DNA from: Candidatus Pacearchaeota archaeon
GTDB taxonomy: Archaea > Nanobdellota > Nanobdellia > Pacearchaeales > GW2011-AR1
Assembly: GCA_041649755.1 (NCBI GenBank)
Contig: JBAZMK010000005.1
Coordinates: 8,597-72,596 of the forward strand
Length of the DNA: 64,000 nucleotides
Reading direction: 5' to 3'
Shown here: piece after piece, positions 36,632-46,482 of the stretch
Position numbering within the stretch: position 1 is the stretch's first letter
Layout of the letters: every line of letters starts with the position of its first letter
The notes under the pieces: model-generated
Told to the model about the DNA's origin: nothing
The model's database searches: none
Seen by the model: only the letters and a program-made list of their open reading frames with translations
Program-made: the position numbers and the translations under genes

Positions 36632-37905
36632 TAAATAATTCTCTCGCTAAACTCCTCCGAAATATTCTCTAGCATCTTCTCTCTTACCTTGTTTTTATCT
36701 TTAGCCCATGTCTTATGCCCAAGAATCCACGAAAGCTTTACAAAAGCAGTCTCCGAAAGCATATCTTCAAGAAAAATTATACCTGTTTTATTTAACTCTC
36801 TCCCCGCAGAATAAACATTAGGATTAAGACGCCCATAAATTGTCTGAGGCACGGCACAAATAACAATCCCCCTATCAACAACCTTTTTAATCTTAGGCAA
36901 CCAATTAAACTTTGCCTCCTTAGAAGGGACTTGCCCTATTCCCGTAACTTCTAAAATAATCCCTAAATAACCTTCCGCTTCATAATAATCAAGAATGGAA
37001 GGATCCTGCCCTGGATAAACCTTAATTATCGCAACCTTGTCAGAATATTTAGAATCCGATTTAACTTTGAAATCACTTCTCGCATTAAAACTCCTCAAAA
37101 TCTTAAAATCCATCTTAGAAATTTCTGCGAAAGGCTCTCCATTAACAACTTTAAAAGCATCTCTCCGAGAAGTATGCATCTTTCTAACTTTCGTCCCAGG
37201 CATTGCAAGACAAAATTCATCATTTAAATCTTTATGCCCCACTAAAGAAATTTCTGCAATATCAGAAACTGCATATTTAGCCGCACAAATTAAATTTAAC
37301 GCCGCATCAGTAGAACCCCGGTCTATAGACCTCTGAGAATAAGTCAGTGCTATCGGCTTATTTATCTTTTGAAGAAAAAAAGAAAGAACAGCGGAAGTAT
37401 AGTGAAGAAAATCTGTTCCGTGAGTAATTATTATTCCGTCAATGCTTTTATCATTAAGCAAAGACTCACAAACGTCAGAAAGCTTTTTCCAATCAGCAAA
37501 AGACATATTTTCCGACCACTTCATAAAAGGCTTCTCAATCTTAACAATATTGCAAATTTTACTTATTTCTGGGGCAATATTCAAAATCTCCTCCGCATCA
37601 GTAAATATAACCCCTCCAGTCTTAGAATCAAGTCTTGAAGATATCGTCCCACCAGTAATTACAACAGCAACATTCCTTAATCCCTTATCTTTTTTAATAT
37701 CAAAAATTCCCTTTTCTACAGGCTTAACCTTCTCTATGACCTTAGCACCCAAAATTTCCGACTCCCGAATTCCTATATTATAACCAGAATTCAATTTCAA
37801 AAGAACAATAGAAAGGTCGTAAGACTCTAAAACAACCCCTTCCCAGTCTCTATTCTTAGTCCTAAACAGAACTCTTTCCCCCACATCAAAATTCTTCACT
37901 TCCAT
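36628..37905 (-). CDS. gatD: Glutamyl-tRNA(Gln) amidotransferase subunit D
   Basis: Asparaginase-fold motifs VAVVITGGTISS and IIITHGTDFL. Archaeal GatD size (425 aa). Confidence 0.85.
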   Translation of the reverse strand: MEVKNFDVGERVLFRTKNRDWEGVVLESYDLSIVLLKLNSGYNIGIRESEILGAKVIEKVKPVEKGIFDIKKDKGLRNVAVVITGGTISSRLDSKTGGVIFTDAEEILNIAPEISKICNIVKIEKPFMKWSENMSFADWKKLSDVCESLLNDKSIDGIIITHGTDFLHYTSAVLSFFLQKINKPIALTYSQRSIDRGSTDAALNLICAAKYAVSDIAEISLVGHKDLNDEFCLAMPGTKVRKMHTSRRDAFKVVNGEPFAEISKMDFKILRSFNARSDFKVKSDSKYSDKVAIIKVYPGQDPSILDYYEAEGYLGIILEVTGIGQVPSKEAKFNWLPKIKKVVDRGIVICAVPQTIYGRLNPNVYSAGRELNKTGIIFLEDMLSETAFVKLSWILGHKTWAKDKNKVREKMLENISEEFSERIIY

Positions 37906-38003
37906 AAAATTATATAATAACTTAGATTAAAAATGTTTAGATTAGAAAAGACCTTCCTTCTCAGAGTAATTAACTTTTTATATACTCCCTTCCACCTTCT
38001 ATT

Positions 38004-39386
38004 ATGGAAAAAAAAAGTTTCCCTATAAAAATTGGTTTAGAAATACACGGATATCTAAACACAAAAGAAAAGCTTTTCTGCAAGTGTAAAGTATCCGAAG
38101 AAGAAAAACCAAACGCTTTTATCTGCCCTATATGCACTGGTCAACCTGGAAGCAAACCAATGGCACCAAACGAAGAAGCAGTTAATAAAATAATCCAGAT
38201 AGCCCTCATCTTAGACTCAAAAGTTAACGAAAAGTGGATTTGGCAAAGAAAACATTACAACTGGGCAGATTTACCAAAAGGATACCAAAACACAATTTCG
38301 GGACCCCATTCAACTCCGTGCGCCATCGGAGGAAAATTTGCCGGCATAAACATCACAGAAGCCCACTTAGAAGAAGACCCCGCCCAATGGAACCCCCAAA
38401 CTGGAAAAATAAATTACAACAGAAGCGGACTACCTCTAGTAGAAATTGTAACCGAACCCGAATTTTCCTCTTCAGAGCAAGTAACATCATGGCTAAAATC
38501 CTTAATTCTCTTCTTATCTTACATAAAAGCCATAAGAAAAAACGCAGGAATAAAAGTAGATGTCAATGTTTCAACTTATGGAGACAGAGTTGAAATGAAA
38601 AACCTAAACTCTCTCGAAAAAATAGGCAAAGCAATAGAATATGAAATTGCAAAACAGATAGAAAATCATAACAAAGGAATTGAACAAAAAAGAGAAACCC
38701 TCGCATTTGACGAAAAACTAGGAAAAACAATAAAGATGCGAGAAAAAGAAGGCGCACAAGATTACAGATTTATTCCTGACCCAGACCTTCCGTCAGTCAA
38801 AATTGACGAGGGAAGAATTAATAATATAAAGAAAAATCTCCCTGAAATGCCCGATAAAAAACTGAAAAAATTAATCTCTGAGCTCAAGATTCCCGAAAAA
38901 GACGCAAAAATCCTAATAAAAAATCTAGAACTCGTAGAATTCGTTGAAGAACTCGAAAAAGAAAAAATAAACGTCAAAGAAAATCTCTCTTGGATAACAA
39001 TAGAACTTCTAAGAATACTAAATTATAACAAAAAAACACTTGAGGATGAAGACGTTGAAATAAATCCAAAACACCTTGCAGAACTAATCAAACTTGTAAA
39101 TTCAAAAAAAATAACGGTTCTTAAAGCAAAACAAATCATGAATGACTTTATCCCAAAAAGTTTCTCAATAAAAGAAAAAGGAGATGTAGACAAAATTAAC
39201 AACGAAGCAATTGAAAACATCTGTAAGCAAGTAATTGAAGAAAACAAACACGTTGTTGAAGAATACCAGTCAGGTAAGGGAGTAAGCCTAAACTTCTTAA
39301 TTGGTCAAGTAATGAAACTATCTCAAAGAAGAGCAGACTTCAAAATAGCAAAAGAAAAGTTAGTCAAGTTGATAAAAGGACAATAG
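38004..39386 (+). CDS. gatE: Glutamyl-tRNA(Gln) amidotransferase subunit E/B (GatE-like)
   Basis: N-terminal IGLEIHGYLNTKEKLFCKC (GatB/E cradle motif). C-terminal GatB/YqeY-like region NFLIGQVMKLSQRRADFKIAKEKL. Divergent from gatD. Confidence 0.8.
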   Translation: MEKKSFPIKIGLEIHGYLNTKEKLFCKCKVSEEEKPNAFICPICTGQPGSKPMAPNEEAVNKIIQIALILDSKVNEKWIWQRKHYNWADLPKGYQNTISGPHSTPCAIGGKFAGINITEAHLEEDPAQWNPQTGKINYNRSGLPLVEIVTEPEFSSSEQVTSWLKSLILFLSYIKAIRKNAGIKVDVNVSTYGDRVEMKNLNSLEKIGKAIEYEIAKQIENHNKGIEQKRETLAFDEKLGKTIKMREKEGAQDYRFIPDPDLPSVKIDEGRINNIKKNLPEMPDKKLKKLISELKIPEKDAKILIKNLELVEFVEELEKEKINVKENLSWITIELLRILNYNKKTLEDEDVEINPKHLAELIKLVNSKKITVLKAKQIMNDFIPKSFSIKEKGDVDKINNEAIENICKQVIEENKHVVEEYQSGKGVSLNFLIGQVMKLSQRRADFKIAKEKLVKLIKGQ

Positions 39387-39420
39387 GATAATTACTCTAG
39401 TGTAGGATAAAATTAAAAAT

Positions 39421-39654
39421 TTAGGGGAAGATTTGACGAGGAACATATCTATCTATTTTCTCTACTTGCCCCACATCAACCACCACATATCTAACCGCTT
39501 CAGAATCCCCTGCTAGAATCTCTGGATTCAAAGGACGAACTTTAATCAGTCCCTGCCGATCTCCTTTATAATGACCTAAAAAAGATTTGACAACTATCTC
39601 TCCAATAGGGTAAACTAAATGAGTTTCTGCACCCCTACATACAGGGCTATACAT
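39421..39654 (-). CDS. Hypothetical 77-aa protein
   Basis: ORF only. A weak resemblance to small RNA-binding beta-barrel proteins is not supportable from sequence alone. Confidence 0.35.
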   Translation of the reverse strand: MYSPVCRGAETHLVYPIGEIVVKSFLGHYKGDRQGLIKVRPLNPEILAGDSEAVRYVVVDVGQVEKIDRYVPRQIFP

Positions 39655-39756
39655 TAGGTTATATTATAGTATAAAACTTTCAAAGAAATCTTCGCATTAA
39701 AAATAAAAAATAATAGAATTAATTAAAAATAAAAAATTAAATTAGGTTTTTAAACC

Positions 39757-40068
39757 TTAATACCTTCCTCGACCGCCGCCCCTATTACCGCCGAAACTTC
39801 TTCGTGGTCTGTCGTCACTTGAGCGCGCTTCCATTGGTTTTGCTTCAGAAACCTTAAGTTTTCGTCCGTCGATTTCTTTATCGTTAAACTCTGAAACTGC
39901 TTTTTTAGCTTCTTCGTCATCCGAAATTGTCACAAAACCAAAACCCTTAGATCTGCCAGAAAATTTGTCTTTGATAAGACTAACTTCATCAACTGAATAT
40001 GAAGAAAATAAATCTTTCAATCCATTCTCATCAATACTCCAAGGCAAGTTACCTACATATATCTTCAT
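39757..40068 (-). CDS. RRM-domain RNA-binding protein with C-terminal RGG/Gly-Arg tail
   Basis: RNP2 KIYVGNLPW and RNP1 KGFGFVTI motifs. Tail is RRSFGGNRGGGRGRY. Confidence 0.75.
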   Translation of the reverse strand: MKIYVGNLPWSIDENGLKDLFSSYSVDEVSLIKDKFSGRSKGFGFVTISDDEEAKKAVSEFNDKEIDGRKLKVSEAKPMEARSSDDRPRRSFGGNRGGGRGRY

Positions 40069-40168
40069 TTTTCCTCCCGAGCCTTTAGCTTAATTTAATA
40101 ACAAATAAGGGTTTTTAAGCCTGTGCCTTCCAAATTTAGAGAAAAAAAGCCTAAACTTATTAAAAAAA

Positions 40169-41188
40169 CTACTTATTAAGTCTTTTAGCCCTGTAACTTA
40201 TCACCACTATTAAAATCCCCGTAAGCCCTGCAGAAACACACCCCCCAACCCCTAATATAGAAGTAAATCCAAGAAGACCAAAAACCTCAACAAATAAATA
40301 AAGAATCAGAGGAACAACAGAATAAAAGAAAAAATTCAATTTTCCTGAAATTTTCAAATCATATTTAAAAGTATCCTTAAGGACAAAAGATAACACTAAA
40401 TAAGCACAGAACATAGTAAAAATTCCTATAACGTTCACTAAACCCCCAAAAGAAAGCGTCGCCACTTCTGTAACACTTTTACCAAGAACCCCAACAAAAA
40501 CTGCACTAAAAATAAGATTTAATAGAATAGGTATAATACTCCCAACAAAAACAGCCTTCTTCAACAAATTTTCGCTCCCCCTTATCTCCTCCCTCAGCTT
40601 AGGAATAGAAGTAAAACCCAAAAGAGCAAAAAGAACAACCCCCATAGGAATAAAAAAACCTGAAAGATTAACCTCTAAAAGATTATTTACCTGAATCTGC
40701 GGAGCAAACCTAATAAAAAGGAAAAAAACCATAACAATAACTGTCAAAACAGCATAAGTTTCCATCTTTTTTAAACCACGAAGACCTTCTCTAACAAGAA
40801 AATTCATTAAAACCCAAAAAACAATCCCTAAAATTAGAGGATTCAAATTACCTGGAAGAACCTGTGAAAAACTTCTGCTTTCTCCAACAAGATAGGCAAG
40901 AAGAGCAGAATAAATCCCAAAAATAGTTGCAAAAAACATAATCCTTTTACCCCATTTTCCCAGATAAATCTCAGCGTAACCTGTAAGTTGATGATTCCCT
41001 TTAGTCTTCAAAGTAACTTCAGCCATACTAAGATTTATAAGTAGAATTATAGCTCCTAAAAAGACCATCCAAAAAAGGCCAATCAAAAAACCAGCCTCGG
41101 CAAAAACATAAGGAAGACCTAAAATCCCTGCACCGATTATCGTTCCACTAAGCGTAAAAGCCGTAGCCCAAAACCTCTTATTCACCAT
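40169..41188 (-). CDS. Amino-acid permease-like membrane transporter (APC/Trp-Tyr permease-type)
   Basis: About 10 TM segments. N-terminal TAFTLSGTIIGAGILGLPYVFAEAGF is typical of amino-acid transporter families. Confidence 0.65.
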   Translation of the reverse strand: MVNKRFWATAFTLSGTIIGAGILGLPYVFAEAGFLIGLFWMVFLGAIILLINLSMAEVTLKTKGNHQLTGYAEIYLGKWGKRIMFFATIFGIYSALLAYLVGESRSFSQVLPGNLNPLILGIVFWVLMNFLVREGLRGLKKMETYAVLTVIVMVFFLFIRFAPQIQVNNLLEVNLSGFFIPMGVVLFALLGFTSIPKLREEIRGSENLLKKAVFVGSIIPILLNLIFSAVFVGVLGKSVTEVATLSFGGLVNVIGIFTMFCAYLVLSFVLKDTFKYDLKISGKLNFFFYSVVPLILYLFVEVFGLLGFTSILGVGGCVSAGLTGILIVVISYRAKRLNK

Positions 41189-41278
41189 TCATATTAAACC
41201 CACAAACCATTTTTATAGGTTTTCATTACAATTATTCTTTTAAACCCCTCTTACCATTCTTTATCTACGGGGTGAAAA

Positions 41279-43057
41279 ATGGTTGATATCATAATAAATG
41301 AAGATTTTTCAGATGAACTTCCTTTATTTCGTAAAACTGAAAAAGAATTTGATTCGTCTAAGTTTTTTGAACTAAAGATGAATGTAGAGAGAATCTCAAA
41401 AAAATCAGAAATAAATGAACTAAGTTCGTATAATGAAATAAAAAAGAACCTTCTCTATGACCTGCCACATCAAAGGGAAGGTGCCTTAAAATTAATTAAA
41501 GAATTGAACGCCACAGCTCTGCTCGCAGACGAAGTCGGTCTGGGAAAAACTATAACTTCAGGAATGGTTATAAAAGAGGGAATATCAAGGGGGTTGTTCA
41601 AAAATATTTTAATTCTCTCCCCGCCAAGCCTCGTAGACCAATGGGTAACCGAATTAGAAGAAAAATTTGAAATCAAATTCAAAATAATAGAATCCCCTGA
41701 AGACTGGACTGCACATAACTACACAATAGCCTCTATTGACCGAGTTAAAATCTACGATAAAACTGAAAGGTCATTTCGGCATAAAAAAGCACATGAAATA
41801 ATTTGGGACCTGGTAATAGTAGATGAGGCTCATAAATTAAAAGAAAAAAATACGATAAGGTGGAGATTTGTAGACAAGCTTAATAAAAAAAGATTTCTCC
41901 TTCTCACAGCAACCCCATTTCAAAATGACTTATTTGAGCTTTACAATCTTTTGCACTTATTAAAAAAAGGACATCTCGGAACTATAAAAGAATTCCGAAA
42001 AAAATTTCTCTATAAAGGAAACAAAAGATACCCCCTTAACCCAACAGAATTAAAGAAAAAGCTCGAAGAAGTTATGATTAGAAGAAGAAGGGACGAAACA
42101 GGAATAGAGTATAAACAAAGAATTCCGAAAATTATAAACGTCGAACTAACCGAAAAAGAAAAGAAAATCTATGAAAATACTGTCAGGCTTTTAAAAGAAA
42201 ATTATTTTCAGGCAAGTGGTGAAAAAATAAATGGAAGACTTGTAGTCTTTGCAATTCTCCCAAAAATAACAAGCTCGTCAAAGTCTGCAATAGAAAGCCT
42301 TCAAAGAATAACTGAAAACGAAAATTATCATAAAGCAACAAGAAACATAGCTCAGGAGATACTGGAAGATTATAAAAATTTAGACAGAGACTCAAAAATT
42401 GAAAAATTATTAGAATTAATTAAAGAAATAAGAAAAAGAAGCGACGACGAGAAAATACTAATATACACAAGACATCCAACAACCCTAAAATACATTGTCG
42501 AAAAACTCATCCCTTTTAATCTTAGTATAATAGAATTTCAGGGAGGGTTAGACAGAGAAGAAAAAACAAGAAGAATAAAAGAGTTTAGAGAAGGCAAAGG
42601 AGACATATTAATTTCAACGGACACTGGAGCTGAAGGATTGAACTTTCAATTCTGCAGAAATCTGATAAATTATGACCTGCCTTGGAATCCAATGTCTGTT
42701 GAGCAAAGAATCGGAAGACTTGACAGAATTGGTCAAAAAAGAGAAATATACATATATTCTTTCGCAACAAAGGGGACAATGGAAGAACATGTAGTTGATT
42801 TAATAATAAATAAAATGTGCTGCGTCGGCCTTGTAATAGGGGAACTTCCGATTATCTTGTTTAACCTAAACTTAGACGGAGAAGGAAAAAGCGGAAAAAA
42901 CAAAATAGAAGAGAAACTGATGAATTTATTTTTAGACTCAAAAGGAAATATGAAAATTTTCAGTGAAGGTGTAGATGAAATCGCCCAGATAATTGAAAAA
43001 GGTATAAAAAGCTATGAAAAAGAAAAAGAGTATAACAAAAACTTCCTTGATAATTAG
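41279..43057 (+). CDS. SNF2-family (SWI2/RapA-like) helicase
   Basis: Motif I LADEVGLGKTI, motif II VIVDEAHKLK, motif III LLLTATPFQN. Helicase-C motifs ILISTDTGAEGLNFQ and QRIGRLDRIGQ. Confidence 0.85.
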   Translation: MVDIIINEDFSDELPLFRKTEKEFDSSKFFELKMNVERISKKSEINELSSYNEIKKNLLYDLPHQREGALKLIKELNATALLADEVGLGKTITSGMVIKEGISRGLFKNILILSPPSLVDQWVTELEEKFEIKFKIIESPEDWTAHNYTIASIDRVKIYDKTERSFRHKKAHEIIWDLVIVDEAHKLKEKNTIRWRFVDKLNKKRFLLLTATPFQNDLFELYNLLHLLKKGHLGTIKEFRKKFLYKGNKRYPLNPTELKKKLEEVMIRRRRDETGIEYKQRIPKIINVELTEKEKKIYENTVRLLKENYFQASGEKINGRLVVFAILPKITSSSKSAIESLQRITENENYHKATRNIAQEILEDYKNLDRDSKIEKLLELIKEIRKRSDDEKILIYTRHPTTLKYIVEKLIPFNLSIIEFQGGLDREEKTRRIKEFREGKGDILISTDTGAEGLNFQFCRNLINYDLPWNPMSVEQRIGRLDRIGQKREIYIYSFATKGTMEEHVVDLIINKMCCVGLVIGELPIILFNLNLDGEGKSGKNKIEEKLMNLFLDSKGNMKIFSEGVDEIAQIIEKGIKSYEKEKEYNKNFLDN

Positions 43058-43091
43058 AAACAGCAATTTCTAAAAAATCTCCCCAGAAAAA

Positions 43092-44489
43092 ATGAAAAAC
43101 AAAATAGAAGAATTTACTTTAGAATTTTTTGATAACCTAAAGTGCAAAATAAAGGAAGAAAATGGGAATTTTATAGTTGAATCGGTTCCAAAAAGCTTTG
43201 AGGATATATTTGGGAAAAAATCACCTTACAAAGTCAGCTTTTCAAAGAACAAAGAAGGAACAGAATTTGCAGGGGAAGGAAGTAACCTCTTTAATGCAAT
43301 AAATAAATACTTAGAGAATACGGGAAAAACCACTCTTTTAAAAATTGACTTTGATGTCGACCCCAAAAAAGAAATAAGCAAAGCGGTATCTTTTAAAAAT
43401 TGTAGCATAGAAAACATAACAAAAAAACACCGGAACAATTACTTTTCAAGATTCACATTTAGAACAACTTTTAGTTCCCTTAGCGAAATAAATCAAATTA
43501 TAAATGAAATCTATATACATCAGGGAAAAATTATAAAAGGAAATTTATCGGGCTACAAAATTCTTGAAGGAGAACCTGAGGAGGCATCAACAGAGCATTT
43601 AGAAGAAAGTTACAAAATCGCAAAAGAAGAGCTTAAAAATTTAATAAAAGAAAAAACCGAAAGTATAAGTAGGAGCTTAAAAGAAAAATTAGAAAAAGAA
43701 GTAGAGGGAATAAAAGAGTATTATAATAACTATCTTCAGGAATTTGGAGGAGACCTAAATAGTTCTTTAGAAAAGATAAAAGAAATTGAACTTCAGATTA
43801 GACTGGCTGAAAAAAATGAAGCAGAATCTTTAAAAGTAAGATTAGAAAAATTAAGAAAAAATCTTTTAAAAATGGCCGACGACGAATCAAAGAACAAAAT
43901 TATAAGGGAACAGGATTCGGCAATAAAAGGTGCAATTCACAAACATAGTTTAAGTATTGAAAACAAATTAATAAATACAACCATAATCTATTATCCTCTT
44001 TTCCTGTTTAATTTATTCATAAAAGGAGATGGCTCAGGTAGATTCTTTGAAATGAGTTATGACCCTCTAACAAAACAAATCAGCAAACTCCATTGCGAAA
44101 GTTGCAATAAAGAAATCTCAAAACTAAACTTATGTTCTTCAGGGCATATCTCTTGTGAAGAGTGTTTAGACAAGTGCGAAGAGTGTAGAAAAAGCTTCTG
44201 TAAAAAATGCCTGACAAGGCGTTGTTCTATATGTGGAAAAAAAATGTGTAAAAATTGTGCACTAACTTGCCTAACTTGCAGGAAATATGTCTGCAAAAAC
44301 GACTTAAGAAAAGACAATGTCACTGGAGATGAAAAATGCCTAAACTGCCTTCGCCCTTGCACCAAATGTAACCAGCTCACAAGCCCAGAATACCTTAAAG
44401 AAGCCTCAAACGGCTCAAAAATCTGTCAAAAGTGCCTTGGAGAAGAAAAAAGAAAGAAAGTAATAAAAAAAATCTTTGAAAATGAATAA
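43092..44489 (+). CDS. Hypothetical protein with central coiled coil and C-terminal multi-Cys zinc-ribbon cluster
   Basis: C-terminal ~110 aa contain more than 20 Cys in CxxC pairs (CESCNKE...CEECLDKCEECRKSFCKKCLTRRCSICGKKMCKNCALTCLTCRKYVCKN...CLNCLRPCTKCNQ). The gene follows the SNF2 gene by 34 nt. Confidence 0.5.
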   Translation: MKNKIEEFTLEFFDNLKCKIKEENGNFIVESVPKSFEDIFGKKSPYKVSFSKNKEGTEFAGEGSNLFNAINKYLENTGKTTLLKIDFDVDPKKEISKAVSFKNCSIENITKKHRNNYFSRFTFRTTFSSLSEINQIINEIYIHQGKIIKGNLSGYKILEGEPEEASTEHLEESYKIAKEELKNLIKEKTESISRSLKEKLEKEVEGIKEYYNNYLQEFGGDLNSSLEKIKEIELQIRLAEKNEAESLKVRLEKLRKNLLKMADDESKNKIIREQDSAIKGAIHKHSLSIENKLINTTIIYYPLFLFNLFIKGDGSGRFFEMSYDPLTKQISKLHCESCNKEISKLNLCSSGHISCEECLDKCEECRKSFCKKCLTRRCSICGKKMCKNCALTCLTCRKYVCKNDLRKDNVTGDEKCLNCLRPCTKCNQLTSPEYLKEASNGSKICQKCLGEEKRKKVIKKIFENE

Positions 44490-44630
44490 AAACGTTTATA
44501 AAGCCAAAGTTCTTCTCTGAAACGTTGAAATACCTGAGGTTCATTATCACTTTCACCATCACACTTACGTTCAAGGGTTGTTAGAGAAAAACCCAGGTAG
44601 TTCTAACTTTAACTAAATTAAGGAGAAAAA

Positions 44631-45794
44631 ATGGCAAAAATTAGTCCAACATCGATTAAATACTCTATTATTGCAGATTTTATCGCGGAAGGTCCATTCC
44701 AAAAACCAGATGTAATCGGAGCTCTATTTGGGCAGACAGAAGGATTGCTCGGTTCAGATATGGAACTTAGAGAACTACAAAAAGAAGGAAAAATCGGCAG
44801 AATAGAAGTGGAACTCAAAACAGAAGGCGGTAAGACTACTGGAGAAATTATTATTCCTTCTGCACTTGACAAAACAGAAACAACAATAATTGCTGCTGCT
44901 CTTGAAACCATTGACAAGATAGGTCCAACTGACGCCAAAATTTCAATTAAAGAAATTGAGGATGTCAGAGGTTCAAAAAGAGACTATATCATGGAAAGAG
45001 CAAAACAGCTTCTTTCAGGGATAAAAAACGAAGGAATGGACTCTGTAGAAATAGAAACTGAATTAAGAGAATCTTCAAGAATAGCCAAAGTCATAGAATA
45101 TGGAGACGAAAAATTATCTGCAGGTCCAGAAGTAGAATCTTCCAAAGAAGTTATTGTAGTTGAGGGTCGTGCAGATGTAATAAACCTGCTTAGGTATGGT
45201 ATAAAGAATGCTATTGGAATGCAGGGGACAAGATTCCCAAGAACAATAACAAAGTTGGGGGAAGAAAAAGAGCTTACTCTATTCGTTGACGGAGACAGGG
45301 GAGGAAAACTAATCGCAAGAAATGTCTGTGACAACGCTAAAATATCTTTTATTGCAATAGCTCCTGACGGAAAAGAAGTTGAGGAACTTTCAGGAAAAGA
45401 AATTCTTCAGGCACTAAGGAAAAAGATTCCATCAGAAGAATTCTTCAAAAAGTTTGAAGAAACCCCAAAAAGAAAATTTGGAGTACAAAAAGATAACTAT
45501 TTAGAAAAAACTGAAAGAAGAAAGATAACCAATGAAGACATTTCAAGACTTAGGGATCTTTCAAAAGAGATAAAAGGAAAGAATGTCCTAGTGATAAACG
45601 ACAAACTTGAAATTGTCCAAAACGTGCCTTCTTCAAGAGTTGGTTCAGTTAATCCAAAAGACGCATATATCCTTCTAACTTCTACCGCAACAAATACAAT
45701 AATAGAAAACGCAGAAAAGCTAAACTCTAAAGCCGTTGCGGCAAAAAACTTTAGCAGAACCACCGACACAAACATAGAATTAATTTCATTATAG
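44631..45794 (+). CDS. dnaG: Archaeal DnaG-type primase/exosome-associated TOPRIM protein
   Basis: Conserved archaeal DnaG N-terminus KYSIIADFIAEGPFQKPDVIGALFGQTEGLLG. TOPRIM motifs VIVVEGRADVINL and LFVDGDRGGKLI. Confidence 0.85.
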   Translation: MAKISPTSIKYSIIADFIAEGPFQKPDVIGALFGQTEGLLGSDMELRELQKEGKIGRIEVELKTEGGKTTGEIIIPSALDKTETTIIAAALETIDKIGPTDAKISIKEIEDVRGSKRDYIMERAKQLLSGIKNEGMDSVEIETELRESSRIAKVIEYGDEKLSAGPEVESSKEVIVVEGRADVINLLRYGIKNAIGMQGTRFPRTITKLGEEKELTLFVDGDRGGKLIARNVCDNAKISFIAIAPDGKEVEELSGKEILQALRKKIPSEEFFKKFEETPKRKFGVQKDNYLEKTERRKITNEDISRLRDLSKEIKGKNVLVINDKLEIVQNVPSSRVGSVNPKDAYILLTSTATNTIIENAEKLNSKAVAAKNFSRTTDTNIELISL

Positions 45795-45852
45795 GGATTT
45801 TCCCTTTTTATTAATAAGTTAATTTTATATACTTCTTTTTTCTTTTTATAAA

Positions 45853-46335
45853 ATGATAAAAAGAGAGAGAAAGGTGATTAACTTCAAACCGATTCTAGTA
45901 ATATTTTGTATTCTCGCCCTTGGGTTTTTTATATGGAGATTTCTTATTTACTCTGAAAAATGTGAAAGCTGGAATTGTTTTAATAATAACTTAGAATCCT
46001 GTAAAAGAACAACTTTTGTTGGAGGGAGTGAAATGATTTTTAGATACGAAATTTTAGGAAAAACAGGGGATAGGTGTGAAGTAAACATAACTTTACTACA
46101 GGGAGAAGTTGGAAACCAAGACTCAAAAAAAATTGAAGGGAAAAGTATGACCTGCTCACTACCTCTTGGGGTAGTTATGATCCCTGAATCAAATCTCATT
46201 TATTGTAGTGGAGTATTAAAAGAGAGCTTCCAAGAATTATTCATAAACAAGCTTTACACATACATAGTCCAAAATCTCGGAAGAATAAACCTTGAAATTC
46301 TTGACCCAAGAAAAATAATAAACCAATCCCTATAA
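45853..46335 (+). CDS. Hypothetical membrane-anchored Cys-containing protein (160 aa)
   Basis: N-terminal TM helix ILVIFCILALGFFIWRFLIY, then a soluble domain with several Cys. Confidence 0.4.
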   Translation: MIKRERKVINFKPILVIFCILALGFFIWRFLIYSEKCESWNCFNNNLESCKRTTFVGGSEMIFRYEILGKTGDRCEVNITLLQGEVGNQDSKKIEGKSMTCSLPLGVVMIPESNLIYCSGVLKESFQELFINKLYTYIVQNLGRINLEILDPRKIINQSL

Positions 46336-46374
46336 TTAGATAATCTTATAAATTCGCTAAATAATTCAATTACG

Positions 46375-46446
46375 GGGCTCGTAGTTTAATGGATAGAACA
46401 ACAGGTTTCGGCCCTGTCGATGGGAGTTCGATTCTTCCCGAGCCCG
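46375..46446 (+). tRNA. tRNA-Arg(TCG)
   Basis: GGGCTCG-TA-GTTT-AATGGATA-GAAC-A-ACAGG-TTTCGGC-CCTGT-CGAT-GGGAG-TTCGATT-CTTCC-CGAGCCC-G. Acceptor, D, anticodon and T stems all pair. U33 and anticodon UCG are in the standard loop positions. No encoded CCA. Confidence 0.8.
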
Positions 46447-46482
46447 TAATCCCATAAGTCTTAAATACCTCCCTTCCATTAT

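Noticed and set aside
38234-39247. Cluster of four antisense or out-of-frame ORFs (119, 64, 71, 74 aa) within gatE
   Set aside because: All overlap the GatE/B frame, which has the diagnostic GLEIHxxL...KLFC motif. Their compositions are Arg/Lys or Ser/Phe runs typical of off-frame AT-rich reads.
39421-39654. Gar1/ribosomal-protein-like assignment for the 77-aa ORF
   Set aside because: The resemblance is impressionistic. No conserved signature could be matched by eye.
44618-45775. Three minus-strand ORFs (106, 116, 92 aa) inside dnaG
   Set aside because: Antisense to the conserved archaeal DnaG/TOPRIM frame.
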